Source: an uncultured bacterium
GTDB taxonomy: Bacteria > Oederibacteriota > Oederibacteriia > Oederibacteriales > Oederibacteriaceae
Assembly: GCA_965112635.1 (NCBI GenBank)
Contig: OZ218778.1
Coordinates: 352,001-416,000, forward strand
Direction of reading: 5' to 3'
DNA length: 64,000 nt
In this document: piece after piece, positions 1-10,244 of the stretch
How positions within the stretch are numbered: position 1 is the stretch's first letter
Layout: the number at the start of each line of letters is the position of its first letter
Notes under the pieces: generated by a model
What the model saw: only the letters and a program-made list of their open reading frames with translations
The model's database searches: none
Told to the model about the DNA's origin: nothing
Translations under genes and position numbers: made by a program

Positions 1-150
1 GTCATACCACTGTATTGGCTGATGACAAGTGGGACAAAATGAACCGGGAAAAATAATTGAAATATTGCGGGGAATCCTATAAATGCAAACATTTAAAAAG
101 CTACCTATGACTGCTCCCAACAATAATGTCGCGAGACAATATAAAGCCAA
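1..150 (-). CDS. pilD: Prepilin peptidase (A24 family), 5' part only, runs off the window start
   Basis: Not in the ORF track. Manual translation from TTG at 150 (SD AAGGAG) gives [50 protein letters not shown], the typical PilD N-terminus (GSFLNV..YR.P, CxxC). Lies downstream of pilC. Confidence 0.92.
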   Translation of the reverse strand, partial: MALYCLATLLLGAVIGSFLNVCIYRIPRNISIIFPGSFCPTCHQPIQWYD

Positions 151-230
151 ACCCAACTCCTTCTAGGCTAAAAAGCCCAAGAAAGTAATTGTTCTAACGC
201 CTCCCTCATTCTGAAAATAATATTTTTTTA

Positions 231-258
231 ATTATATGCCGTGTTTTTGTATTGTCAA
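231..258 (-). promoter_or_regulatory. Sigma70-type promoter for pilD
   Basis: Minus strand TTGACA-N16-TATAAT in an AT-rich intergenic region. Confidence 0.7.
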
Positions 259-368
259 GGCAACTGTTAACAAAATGTTATTCATATTGATAAAGTTATA
301 GGTGAATTGTTCTGAGAGTAAGGTAAGCTCTACTGAAAAACCCTTGAAAAGACATCAAAACATTAAGA

Positions 369-1586
369 TTAACTTACAAGACTCCCAAGGCTAAACATAG
401 GCAAGAATAACGCAACAACTATAGAACCGATGGTACCGCCTAGAAAAACTATAATTAAAGGCTCCAGCATAGAGGTCAACGCTTCCACGGCGGCGTTAAC
501 TTCTTCTTCATAAAACATTGAAATCCTCATGAGCATCTGGTCTAACGCGCCTGTTTCCTCTCCCACCGAGATCATGGAGGTCACCATAGGGGGGAAGATT
601 TTGCTTTCTCTTAGGGGATCCGTAAATCCCTCCCCTTTTCTGACACTTTCCTTGGCTTTCAGGATGACCTTTTCAATCACAGAATTTCCAGAAGTCCTCG
701 CCACGGTATCCAGAGCCTCCAGGATGGGAACACCGCTTTTGATCAATGTCCCGAGGGTGCTGGTAAAATTAGCGACGGCCGTCTTTTTTAGGAGCATGCC
801 GATGCCGGGAAGTTTGAGCAAAAAATTGTCAAACGCATACCGGCCCTTAGGGGTTTTAACCCACATTCTGAACAAAATAAAACCTATAATACCCCCTATA
901 ATGCCAAAAATAATATATCTGGCTAATCCATTGCTGACTGCGATTAGAATTCGGGTAGGAGCCGGTAACTCAGCCCCAAAACTATGGAATACGCTTTCAA
1001 AGGTGGGGACCACGGCAACCATGATAAAAATGACCACGGAACCGGCCACGGACAACACGACCGCAGGATAAGCCATAGCGCCTTTTATTTTCCGCTTCAA
1101 GCCTTCAGCCTTTTCTAGATACCCTGATAGTCGCTCCAAGATTTCTGACAACACGCCGCCCGCTTCACCGGACCGGATCATGTTGACAAAAAGCTCATTG
1201 AACACCTTTGGATGTTTGGCTAAGGCGTCAGCCAGAGTGCCACCACTGGAGATGTCATCTTTGACTTTACGCAGCACTTCACCAAAGGTTGGATTTTCCG
1301 CTTGCTCGGATAAAATGGTCAAACCTTGCATAATGGGAAGCCCAGAATTGATCATGACGGAAAACTGCCGGCAAAAAATAGAGATATCTTTTGTACTTAC
1401 TCTTTTTTTGGTCAAAAAACCTAGCAAGGACTTGAGATCAAAACCCTGGCCTTCTTTGCTCATGGAGACCAAGGTAAGCCTCTGCTGTTTTAGTTTGTCC
1501 ATAAAGGCTTTTTCATTTTCAGCGATAAGGCTCCCTGATACGACCGCGCCCTGTACATTTTTTGCCTTATAAGAAAAATTTGGCAA
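369..1586 (-). CDS. pilC: Type IV pilus platform protein (T2SS F family)
   Basis: Two GspF repeats (FCRQFSVMINSGLP, GEAGGVL, GEETGALD, LEPLII). Follows pilT. Confidence 0.95.
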   Translation of the reverse strand: MPNFSYKAKNVQGAVVSGSLIAENEKAFMDKLKQQRLTLVSMSKEGQGFDLKSLLGFLTKKRVSTKDISIFCRQFSVMINSGLPIMQGLTILSEQAENPTFGEVLRKVKDDISSGGTLADALAKHPKVFNELFVNMIRSGEAGGVLSEILERLSGYLEKAEGLKRKIKGAMAYPAVVLSVAGSVVIFIMVAVVPTFESVFHSFGAELPAPTRILIAVSNGLARYIIFGIIGGIIGFILFRMWVKTPKGRYAFDNFLLKLPGIGMLLKKTAVANFTSTLGTLIKSGVPILEALDTVARTSGNSVIEKVILKAKESVRKGEGFTDPLRESKIFPPMVTSMISVGEETGALDQMLMRISMFYEEEVNAAVEALTSMLEPLIIVFLGGTIGSIVVALFLPMFSLGSLVS

Positions 1587-1627
1587 AGCAACTCCTTCCG
1601 CTTCGTCCTAACCTAAGATCGATAAAG

Positions 1628-2692
1628 CTATGCGGTATTATAGATTAACTTTTGAAGTTCTTTCGGGTCCAAAGTATGAGACATCGCTTCTTTGAAATTA
1701 ATCAGGCCTTGCTTATAAAGGTCCGCTAAAGCCTGATTCATGGTTCTCATTCCCTCTGACAACCCTGTCTGCATCGTTGAATACACCTGGTGGATTTTCT
1801 CTTCGCGGATAAGGTTTCTAATGGCTGGATTGAGGAGCAGCACTTCCACAGCGATACATCGGCCCGTTCCAGAAGCTTTAAGAAGAAGCTGCTGGGAAAA
1901 AATCGCCTGCAAAACAAAGGAGAGCTGCACTCGGACCTGCTCCTGTTGGTGCGAGGGAAAAACATCGATTATTCGGTTCAGGGTCTGGATAGCGTCCGTG
2001 GTATGCAAAGTCGCCAGCACGAGATGTCCTGTTTCTGCGATCGTCAAAGCCGCGTTGATGGTTTCCAAGTCACGCATTTCTCCGATCAGGATCACATCAG
2101 GGTCCTCTCTCAGGGCATATTTAAGAGCATTGCCAAAAGAGTCCGTGTCCGTCCCAACTTCCCTTTGATTGATAATGCACTTTTTATGAAAATGGATGAA
2201 TTCGATGGGGTCTTCCACAGTCAGGATGTGTCCCGGCCTGGAATTATTAATATAATCGACCATCGAGGCCAGGGTCGTTGACTTACCACTGCCCGTAGGC
2301 CCGGTGACCAAGATCAAGCCTTTAGGCAAATTGGCCAGACTGGCCGTGACTCCCGGCAACCCCAGTTCCTCGAAAGTCATGATTCTATTATTGATATTTC
2401 TCAAAACAGCGGCGACAGCACCTCTCTGCCGGAACACATTCATACGGATACGCCCTTTACCTTCGATGCCGAAAGAAAGGTCCAGCTCCTTGTTCCTTTC
2501 GAACCGTTCCTTATGGTCATCCGTAAGAACCGAATAGATCACTTCCTGTACGGTCTGGGGAGTGAGCTTTTCATATTCGGTAGGCAGGATGGCGCCATCA
2601 ATGCGGATCATGGGCGGCTTTCCCGCAGTTAAGTGAAGATCGGACCCGCCTTTTTCAAACAGTTCGTTCAATAACCTGTCAATGGTTACCAC
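1628..2692 (-). CDS. pilT: Type IV pilus retraction ATPase
   Basis: SDLHL, Walker A GPTGSGKSTT, EDPIE, LREDPDVILIGEMRD, AETGHLV, AIRNLIRE. Confidence 0.96.
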   Translation of the reverse strand: MVTIDRLLNELFEKGGSDLHLTAGKPPMIRIDGAILPTEYEKLTPQTVQEVIYSVLTDDHKERFERNKELDLSFGIEGKGRIRMNVFRQRGAVAAVLRNINNRIMTFEELGLPGVTASLANLPKGLILVTGPTGSGKSTTLASMVDYINNSRPGHILTVEDPIEFIHFHKKCIINQREVGTDTDSFGNALKYALREDPDVILIGEMRDLETINAALTIAETGHLVLATLHTTDAIQTLNRIIDVFPSHQQEQVRVQLSFVLQAIFSQQLLLKASGTGRCIAVEVLLLNPAIRNLIREEKIHQVYSTMQTGLSEGMRTMNQALADLYKQGLINFKEAMSHTLDPKELQKLIYNTA

Positions 2693-2741
2693 ACGGCCCT
2701 CCTAGCCCACAATTCTATTAAAAATATAGCTTACCTTACCC

Positions 2742-3752
2742 TCAAGTGCAAGGGATAGGCTTCCCTGCGTAGATCTCCGGATTGACGAGATGGGCCGGCC
2801 TTTGGCATTTGAGAACAGCTAGAATATTGAGCGCGGCTTTTTCAGACATCTTCTCTCGGGTATGGACGGTCGCACTGCCTAAATGCGGGGTCAAGACCAC
2901 ATTCTTCATTTTCAGCAGCTCTGGATGGACCTCGGGTTCTTTTTCAAAAACATCCAATCCCGCTCCTGCCAGCTGATTATGGAGCAGGCTTTTCACCAAA
3001 GCCTGTTCATCGACCACGGGTCCACGGGAGGTATTGATCAGCATAGCACCCGCCTGCATCCACCCCAACTTCTCTTCATTGATCAGATGGAAGGTCTCCT
3101 GGCTCAGCGGCACATGGAGGGTCACAAAATCGGACTCGCTCAGCAGGGTTTTAAGGTCGACCCAGCGGGCATTGAGTTCCTCCTCCATGGACGGTTCTGC
3201 TCTCCGCCGAGAGGTGTAGAGTACTCTCATCTGAAAGCCAGCGGCCCGCCGTGCCATCGCCTGCCCTATCCGCCCCATACCAATGATCCCTAAAGTCTTC
3301 CCGAACACCTCGGTTCCCAGCAGCAACATCGGCTGCCAACCTTTGAACTGTCCTGCCCTTACCAGCCCATCTCCCTCCACCACCCTCCGCGCCAGGGACA
3401 TGAGCAGGGACCAGGCCAGGTCCGCAGTGGCTTCAGTCAGGATCCCGGGCGTATTGGCCACTGGGATCCTCAGCCTGGTCGCGGTAGCCACATCGATATT
3501 GTTCGTTCCTACGGCGTAGTTAGAGATCACCAACAGCTGGGGATTGGAGGTAATCACCTCCTGATCAACGGAATCCGACAGGAGGCAAAGCAGGGCTTGC
3601 TTGGATTTCAATCTTTGGATGAGTTCCCCTTTGATCAGAGGGTCTTGTCCTTCATAAACTTCCACGGCGCAATGCTCGCGTAAAAGTTTCAGTCCGGTTT
3701 CAGGGACCTTGCCGGTTACCAATACGTTTGGAGTTACAGCTTCCAAGGTCAC
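2742..3752 (-). CDS. D-isomer 2-hydroxyacid dehydrogenase (glyoxylate/glycerate reductase-like)
   Basis: GIIGMGRIG, INTSRG, LDVFEKEP, TPHLGSAT. Start moved to GTG 3752, which overlaps the aroE stop (GTGA). Confidence 0.88.
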   Translation of the reverse strand: MTLEAVTPNVLVTGKVPETGLKLLREHCAVEVYEGQDPLIKGELIQRLKSKQALLCLLSDSVDQEVITSNPQLLVISNYAVGTNNIDVATATRLRIPVANTPGILTEATADLAWSLLMSLARRVVEGDGLVRAGQFKGWQPMLLLGTEVFGKTLGIIGMGRIGQAMARRAAGFQMRVLYTSRRRAEPSMEEELNARWVDLKTLLSESDFVTLHVPLSQETFHLINEEKLGWMQAGAMLINTSRGPVVDEQALVKSLLHNQLAGAGLDVFEKEPEVHPELLKMKNVVLTPHLGSATVHTREKMSEKAALNILAVLKCQRPAHLVNPEIYAGKPIPCT

Positions 3753-4615
3753 CTCTTCGTTTTCCTTAGCGCGGCCAGGAGTGCTTTTTTCATGGCGGGG
3801 ATCGGCGCCTTTTCCCCGGTCCACAATTCAAAAGATAAAGCGCCCTGGTACAAGAGCATCCCCAACCCGTCAATAGCCTTGGCTCCCTTGCTGCGGCCGG
3901 CCTTAAGCAAATCTGTATCCTTGCCGTACACCAGATCCATCACGGTCATGCCTTGGTGCAGCCAATCTTTTTTGAGCAAAGACTTGGCGCCGGGCTGCAT
4001 ACCCACCGAAGTGGCATTGACCAGGAGGTCGCTTTCACGGACCAATCCCGCAAGCTTGCGGTCCTTGAGGGACAACGCCAGTATCGTGGTCTTTGACCGT
4101 AACCGTTGCAAGCTGTTGATCAACTTGGCCGCTTTGAAAAATGTCCGGTTAGCGATGGAAAGCTTTGAAATTCCGGCGGAAACCAGGGCAAAAGCGACGG
4201 CCTGGGCTGCTCCGCCGGCTCCCAGCAGCACGGCTTTTTTTCCGGAGGGATCAAACCCGGCATCGCGCCGCAAACTGGTCAGTAGTCCCTGCACATCGGT
4301 ATTATACCCGATCAGTTTTTTCCCTCTGACCACGATCGTGTTGACAGCCTTGATCAGTTTTGCCTGGCCTTTGAGTTCGTCCAAAAAAGGTATGACAGCC
4401 TGTTTATGGGGAATGGTCACGTTGACCCCGTCCAAGGACATGGCGGAGATGGCTCGGACAGCTTCCCCTACCTGGGCAGGCGGTACCAGTAGAGGCAGAT
4501 AGACCGCCCTGACTCCCTGTGATTTAAAAGCCGCTTCATGCATGGTCGGGGACAGCGTATGGGCAATAGGAAAACCCATGACCCCGAATATTCTGACTGG
4601 CTTGTTTTGCTTCAT
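3749..4615 (-). CDS. aroE: Shikimate dehydrogenase
   Basis: HTLSP, NVTIPHK, AVNT, GYNTD, GAGGAA, NATSVGM, DGLGMLLYQG. Start at ATG 4615. Confidence 0.95.
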   Translation of the reverse strand: MKQNKPVRIFGVMGFPIAHTLSPTMHEAAFKSQGVRAVYLPLLVPPAQVGEAVRAISAMSLDGVNVTIPHKQAVIPFLDELKGQAKLIKAVNTIVVRGKKLIGYNTDVQGLLTSLRRDAGFDPSGKKAVLLGAGGAAQAVAFALVSAGISKLSIANRTFFKAAKLINSLQRLRSKTTILALSLKDRKLAGLVRESDLLVNATSVGMQPGAKSLLKKDWLHQGMTVMDLVYGKDTDLLKAGRSKGAKAIDGLGMLLYQGALSFELWTGEKAPIPAMKKALLAALRKTKR

Positions 4616-4736
4616 TTTAGGACCCTTCCTCAATTGAACTGCAGAATTGCTTACTATGATAATACTTCCCGGGCCAAGGGTGGGGGATTTTTTTAATTCT
4701 TTTTTCAGGAAACTCCGGCCCTATGGCCTCGGATTC

Positions 4737-6677
4737 CTACTCTTTGTGGGGCATTTCTTTTTTGCCGGTTTTAGTGTTTTCGTTCTGTTTGTTCAAGGCA
4801 CTGCGGGCTGCCACTTTGATGGTGGCGGACGGGTTGTTGGTCATCTCGCTCAATAACTTGGTGACTTTGGGATTATTAAAATACCCCAGGGTTTTTATGG
4901 CGGCCACTTGCACCGACTCTGGTTTTTTCTTTTTGAGGAACTCTTTGTTTCTGGCCAGCTGCATCAAGAGGCCGATAGCCTCCGGGGTTTGGAAATGCAT
5001 AGTCGCCATGCAGGCCTCCACCTGGATTACTTCACTCTCCTCTTTTTCTTTGGAAAAAACCGAACGGAATCCCACCATAGTGGATAAGGTTTGATAGGCT
5101 GCTTTGGTCCTGCTCTGCCCCAATAGGCGCAGCGCTTCGACCCGTATCTCCTGGTCCACGTCCGAAACGGCATCCAAAAGAAAATTCACCGACCTGAGGT
5201 TATGGATCCGCGACACGCATTTCATGATCTCTTTGCGCACTCCCGGATGTGGATGGTAAAAAGCTTTCTCCAGCTGTTCCAGCATCGATTCCTCATACCC
5301 GATGGTATCCACGACCTCCAGAATGCGTTTGGCCACATCATAGGGCACCAGGCTGTCGATCTCTTTTAACAGCTGGTCCGAAGCGTCCTTGCCGTATTTT
5401 TTTAGGATACCCGCCACGCTCTTGCGGAACTGATAGTTGTCCGACGCCTTGACGGCCTTGATGAGAGGGTCCACTGAAAATTCGTCGAACTTGAGGATAA
5501 CGGAATAAGCTTGTTCCTGGGCGGTCTTGTCCCCGCTCTTGAGGTCATTGACCAGCATTTGCATCGCTTCGCTGCCGGCCATCTTTTTCATGACTTCGCT
5601 GGCATACTGTACCCTGTTCTTAAAAATATCGCTTTCCACGACCTGATGCTTCTTGAACATATCAATGACACGGGTCCCTTTTTCATAATTCCCCTTCTGG
5701 AAACTCTTGGCCACATTCTCTTCCAGAAGACCAGCCATTTCCTGGTAGACCTTTTCGTTGGTCTCCCGGTCCTCAGTCTGGATGAACTTTTCCTGTAAAT
5801 GTTCCTGTATCTTTTGGTCTGAAAGACTCCCGATCGTGGGCGACATTTCCTTGAAAGAACGCACCGCATCCAGCCGCAGGTCAACCGAGTTGTTATCAAG
5901 GTTTTCGGCCACCTTTCCCACGACTTTAAAAGCCACGTCTCCCTGGGCGCAGGCATCCAGTTGCCTGAGGAGCTGGCCCATCTGCTGTCGTCGTTCAGGC
6001 TTTAAAAGGACACTGGCCTCCTCTGCGGTCCACTCCTGGGCTTGTATCAGTACCCTTTGTTCCGGCGTCATGGCCGGCCCGGCGGCCGCTCCTACCGGTA
6101 CCCCAAATCCAACGCCTCCTCCCATTCCGCCCCCCGTGCCGTCACCTCCGCCGCCTCCGCCTCCCCCGGTCCCTTCCTTGCCGCCTTCTCCGGTGCCTTC
6201 GTCCAGATAGACATACACCCTCTTTTCCACCTGGATGTTACTGACCTTGGCCGCCTGCAGGAGCGCCTCAAAATTTTCCTCTTGGTCTTTCCTCGGCCGC
6301 CGGCTCAAAAGTTCCATGAACGACTTGAATTCGTCCGGAGAATACCCCTTGTTAAAAATCATCCCCCTGATCTTATGTTGTTTGAAAGTTTCCACCAGAA
6401 GCTTGACGGCGCTGGAGGTGTCCCCTTTGGCCTGGATATAACTGCCGTTGACCAGCAGTTCGCCTTCTACCGCGGAAACGGTCAATGGATTTTTTTGTTC
6501 CAGCATGGCTTCCATGTTCTTGGCGATGGCGACCATGGATTCCTGGACGACTTTATGAGAGATGGGGTAGATCTGCAGGTTGGAAAGGGCGATACGCAGA
6601 TTGCGCAGCCATTGGGCCAAAGGCTGGGAGTTGGGTGCCTGGGACTGGGAAGCCTGTGGGTTATCTTGCTGATCCAT
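4737..6677 (-). CDS. HEAT-repeat protein with an N-terminal domain and a Gly-rich linker
   Basis: C-terminal HEAT-like repeats (D.D.EIRVEALRLLG, VQVAAIKTLG) and a poly-Gly segment around aa 165-195. Confidence 0.7.
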   Translation of the reverse strand: MDQQDNPQASQSQAPNSQPLAQWLRNLRIALSNLQIYPISHKVVQESMVAIAKNMEAMLEQKNPLTVSAVEGELLVNGSYIQAKGDTSSAVKLLVETFKQHKIRGMIFNKGYSPDEFKSFMELLSRRPRKDQEENFEALLQAAKVSNIQVEKRVYVYLDEGTGEGGKEGTGGGGGGGGDGTGGGMGGGVGFGVPVGAAAGPAMTPEQRVLIQAQEWTAEEASVLLKPERRQQMGQLLRQLDACAQGDVAFKVVGKVAENLDNNSVDLRLDAVRSFKEMSPTIGSLSDQKIQEHLQEKFIQTEDRETNEKVYQEMAGLLEENVAKSFQKGNYEKGTRVIDMFKKHQVVESDIFKNRVQYASEVMKKMAGSEAMQMLVNDLKSGDKTAQEQAYSVILKFDEFSVDPLIKAVKASDNYQFRKSVAGILKKYGKDASDQLLKEIDSLVPYDVAKRILEVVDTIGYEESMLEQLEKAFYHPHPGVRKEIMKCVSRIHNLRSVNFLLDAVSDVDQEIRVEALRLLGQSRTKAAYQTLSTMVGFRSVFSKEKEESEVIQVEACMATMHFQTPEAIGLLMQLARNKEFLKKKKPESVQVAAIKTLGYFNNPKVTKLLSEMTNNPSATIKVAARSALNKQNENTKTGKKEMPHKE

Positions 6678-6693
6678 AAATCCAACCTCTCCT

Positions 6694-7323
6694 CTAGGAA
6701 AGTGATTTATCTATAGAACTCAAAGCGCAAAAGGACTCTACCTGTTTGGTTTCTTCGGGGTCCAGAGCGACGAATTCCACACCAAAACCCGGCATGGGTC
6801 CAGGCTGGCTGTGCGCCACCTGGCCAAAGACCTTTCTAAGGCTGCCCAGGTCGGCTAACACGATCTCCTCAAAGCAGATCAATTCTCCCTCTGAGAAATT
6901 CACCGGGGTCTGGAAATAAAGGCCGCCGCAGGAGATATTCAGGATAAATCCCGAGGCGATCTTACTGGTTTCCTGGAGGGAATAAATACTCGGGATAGGG
7001 ATGTTGACCCTTATGCGGACCGACTTGCGGGCGTTCAAACCTAGATCGTGCTTCTTGTCTTTAAGGTCCTGGTCTTGGCTGGAAACGCTCTGGGGAAATG
7101 CAAGGGGTTCTCCTTTTTTTACATTCAAGGAATTGACCATCCGCTGCAAGAAAATGTTAAGTTCGGGTTTGTCCTGGGTCTGGTTCAAAAGGACCGTATA
7201 GCCCGCCATGGCGGCATCATACTGTTTGATGTCCTGCTGTTCTAGCAGTCGGAGCACTTGTGACCTGAAATTTTGGAAATATCCTTCTCCTTTTCGTCCA
7301 AAAAAAGAAAAGATAGGGCTCAC
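6694..7323 (-). CDS. PilZ-domain protein
   Basis: RKSVR (RxxxR) and NISCGG (D/NxSxxG) motifs, GFGVEF. Confidence 0.8.
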   Translation of the reverse strand: MSPIFSFFGRKGEGYFQNFRSQVLRLLEQQDIKQYDAAMAGYTVLLNQTQDKPELNIFLQRMVNSLNVKKGEPLAFPQSVSSQDQDLKDKKHDLGLNARKSVRIRVNIPIPSIYSLQETSKIASGFILNISCGGLYFQTPVNFSEGELICFEEIVLADLGSLRKVFGQVAHSQPGPMPGFGVEFVALDPEETKQVESFCALSSIDKSLS

Positions 7324-7439
7324 CGGTCCTCCGCTTTATGATTTTTTTACTGCAATACCTCAATTATACTACTCTAGAAATAGAGCCCAAAACAATTATT
7401 CCGCCCCGAGGCTCATGGCTAGTTAGGACCCAATAAAGA

Positions 7440-8702
7440 CTATTTCCCGGCCAAACTCTTGGCTGCTTCCAGTCCGGCCACATAACCGCTGGACCAGGCC
7501 CATTGCAAATTAAACCCTCCGGAGTCAGCGTCCACATCCACGATCTCTCCAGCCAAATAAAGTCCTGAAATGATTTTGGATTGCATTTGGCTGGTGATCT
7601 CCCTCGTATCCACGCCGCCCACCGTGACCTGAGCTTCCTTCAAGGGCCTCATTTTCTTGGGAGCAAACTCCAACTTCTTAATATTTTTGACTATCTCTTT
7701 CTTGGCCGACTCGGTGGTCTTCGCGGCCTTTTGTCCGGCATCCACTTTGCTGACCTTGAGGACCACTCCTGCCAGATTGGAGGGCAGCAGTCCGGCCAAA
7801 CACTCCTGACAGCTCTTGTCAGAACGAAGAGAGAACAATTTATCCAGGACGCCTTTGAGTTCTGCCGCTGAATATTCCTGCAACAGGTCCACCCTTATCT
7901 TGACCTTGCCTTTTTCCAGAAGAGGGGCTACATGCCTGGCCACTCCCATGACCGCCGGTCCGGAGAGTCCATATTCGGTAAACAGGACATCCCCTTGGTG
8001 GGAGGCCACCACTTTCCCGTCCTGCACGGCCTGGACCTGGGCTTCGAGTCGCAGTCCTTTGACCTCGCGGACCAGGGTTTCCATGGTTTCAATGGGGACC
8101 AGGCCGGCAAAGAGAGGAGTAACCCGATGCCCCCAGTTCTTGGCCCAAAACAAACCGTCTCCGCTGGAACCGAATTGATGGCCCGCTTTTCCTCCCGTGG
8201 TCAGGATCAACCTTGTTGCGGTCACCGGCCAAGCGTGCTCCAAATGGACTTGGAAAGACCCCTTTTCCTCTACCCTCTTGACCAGGGTTTTCACCTTGAG
8301 CACGGCACCGCTGGACTTGATGGCCTGCTCCAGGGCCGTGACCACGGTGGTGGCTTGACCGGTCCTGGGAAAAATACGCCCTTGGTCTTCTTCGGCAAGG
8401 ACAACCCCCAGGGACTCAAAGAATTGCCAGGTCTGATTTTGGTCGAATTGCCGGAAGATATCTTTGACAAAACCAGGGTTTTCACCGTGGAATCGGTTCG
8501 GGTCAAGGGTCTTATTGGTCAGGTTGCAGCGGCTGTTGCCGGTCACTAGGAGTTTCCGACCTATGTTCTCGTTCTTTTCAATCAGAACGACGCGTGCTCC
8601 GTTGCGGGAAGCGGTCAAAGCCGCCATGCATCCGGCCGCCCCGCCCCCGATGATGGCAATATCAAAGGCTTGCTCTTGGTTTGGCTCAGGCATTCGGCTC
8701 AC
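7440..8702 (-). CDS. HI0933/YhiN-family flavoprotein
   Basis: GGGAAG, GRKLLVTGNSRCNLTN, GRIFP, AQVTVGGV, GGFNLQWAWSSG. The start may be ATG 8693. Confidence 0.92.
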   Translation of the reverse strand: MSRMPEPNQEQAFDIAIIGGGAAGCMAALTASRNGARVVLIEKNENIGRKLLVTGNSRCNLTNKTLDPNRFHGENPGFVKDIFRQFDQNQTWQFFESLGVVLAEEDQGRIFPRTGQATTVVTALEQAIKSSGAVLKVKTLVKRVEEKGSFQVHLEHAWPVTATRLILTTGGKAGHQFGSSGDGLFWAKNWGHRVTPLFAGLVPIETMETLVREVKGLRLEAQVQAVQDGKVVASHQGDVLFTEYGLSGPAVMGVARHVAPLLEKGKVKIRVDLLQEYSAAELKGVLDKLFSLRSDKSCQECLAGLLPSNLAGVVLKVSKVDAGQKAAKTTESAKKEIVKNIKKLEFAPKKMRPLKEAQVTVGGVDTREITSQMQSKIISGLYLAGEIVDVDADSGGFNLQWAWSSGYVAGLEAAKSLAGK

Positions 8703-9094
8703 TTACCTCCGGCAGCATCCGAGACCACCCAGCCCAGCAAACACCCCGCGGCCAGGCCTCCGAGGAATCCCAGGGCTGGCTGTATGCCCGAAGCGTTATC
8801 CGGGCTGGAAAAAACAACGGTCAGCTCTCCGGCTATCCCCCCGATCACGCCTGCAAAAGCAATGGCCTCCAGATCCAATTTCTTGGTCTTGGGCTGGCCG
8901 GGGTTCTCCGCCTGGGGCTTGGCATTATTTCTGACCTCAACCTGCACTTCGTCCGGGGCTTGGTAGTAATTTTCCGCGAGGGTCAAACGGGAAGCTTTGT
9001 CTGTTTTTAAGAACACGGAATTTTCTCCGGCCCCCCAGCTGAAGTTGGCCAGAGCCATCACGATAAGCCATAAGACGATCGTCCTGCGGAACAT
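8699..9094 (-). CDS. Hypothetical exported/membrane protein
   Basis: Signal peptide-like N-terminus and two Gly-rich hydrophobic C-terminal segments. Lies in the tatAC operon. Confidence 0.6.
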   Translation of the reverse strand: MFRRTIVLWLIVMALANFSWGAGENSVFLKTDKASRLTLAENYYQAPDEVQVEVRNNAKPQAENPGQPKTKKLDLEAIAFAGVIGGIAGELTVVFSSPDNASGIQPALGFLGGLAAGCLLGWVVSDAAGGK

Positions 9095-9109
9095 CGTTCT
9101 CCTGTCTTG

Positions 9110-9898
9110 CTACGGGTAAAGGCTTTTCTTGTTTTTGCCCGGCGTGCTGCCTTTGGGTTGCGAGGTGGCCGTCAGCACCCGGCCGAACCAGATACCCACT
9201 TCGTAAAGTATCCACAAGCATATCATTAAAATCGTCATGGAAACAGGCGTGGGATCCGGGGTGATGATGGCGCTGAAGATCGCCGCGATCAGGTAGGCGA
9301 TCTTCCTTTTGTCCCGGAAGGTCTGCGGCCGGACCAGATGGAGAAAGGAAAGCAATCCCATGACCATGGGAAGCTCAAAGGGCAGGCTGAAGATCAGGAA
9401 CATGATGAACAAAAAGCTGCAGAACTCCTGGAGGGTGATCTTGGGCACCGCGTTCATGGAAGCCCCGTAGTTCAAAAAAATGTAAAGGGTGATAGGGATC
9501 AGCAGGTAGTATGTAAAAAGGATCCCCAAGACCAGGAAGAACATGGAGCCAGCTCCCAGCCACAGGGTGAACCTCTTCTGGTTCTTGCTCAGGGCCGGAG
9601 CCATGAACGCGTAGAGGTGGTAAAAAAGGTACGGGCAGATAACGGCAAGACTGATGAATAGGGAGATTTTAAAACTCGCGAGCAGCGGCTCCAAAGGATT
9701 GAGGAAGACCAACTGCGTGCCGCTGGGCAAAAACCGCCTGCTCAAGTATTGGATGGTCAGGGTGGCCCAGGAGTTGAAAAAACTGGGAGTAAAAAAGCTG
9801 AGGGTAAAGACGGCCACAAAGACCCCCAGGATCCACAGAACCCTATAACGCAACTCTGACAAATGTTCGAATAAAGGTTTGGGTTGTTCTTTTGGCAT
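9110..9898 (-). CDS. tatC: Twin-arginine translocase subunit TatC
   Basis: EHLSELR, FMAPAL, FELP, AIITPDP, LYEVGI, six TM segments. Confidence 0.95.
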   Translation of the reverse strand: MPKEQPKPLFEHLSELRYRVLWILGVFVAVFTLSFFTPSFFNSWATLTIQYLSRRFLPSGTQLVFLNPLEPLLASFKISLFISLAVICPYLFYHLYAFMAPALSKNQKRFTLWLGAGSMFFLVLGILFTYYLLIPITLYIFLNYGASMNAVPKITLQEFCSFLFIMFLIFSLPFELPMVMGLLSFLHLVRPQTFRDKRKIAYLIAAIFSAIITPDPTPVSMTILMICLWILYEVGIWFGRVLTATSQPKGSTPGKNKKSLYP

Positions 9899-9950
9899 GT
9901 GTCTCCTGGAAGCTGGGTGCGCAGGTCTTAATGAAGAATAAAAAAAACGG

Positions 9951-10142
9951 CTACTTCTTTTTCCGGGCTTGTTTCTTGGGCGCTTCCTCGTGTTGTTTAG
10001 GAGGTTCCTCGGCCATGGACTTTTTGAACTCTTTGACTGCTTGCCCCAGGGACCTGGCCATTTCGGGCAGCTTCTTCACTCCCCCAAATAGGACCAAAAA
10101 GATCACAAGGATAACGATCAATTTAGGCATGTCTAAGGTCAT
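9951..10142 (-). CDS. tatA: Twin-arginine translocase subunit TatA
   Basis: N-terminal TM helix, LFGGVKKLPEMARSLGQAVKEFKK. Confidence 0.93.
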   Translation of the reverse strand: MTLDMPKLIVILVIFLVLFGGVKKLPEMARSLGQAVKEFKKSMAEEPPKQHEEAPKKQARKKK

Positions 10143-10244
10143 TATCTCCTCCTGGCTCAATGATTTTTTGCTTTTTATGCTCCTCGCCCTAAAGTGAGAA
10201 GGTGTTCATTGTAACCTATCCGCCCGCCGTTCGCACATATCTTT

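Noticed and set aside
8699-9094. TatB or a Tat substrate (MFRRT...)
   Set aside because: It has no TatB architecture, and the RR lacks the S/T-R-R-x-F-L context.
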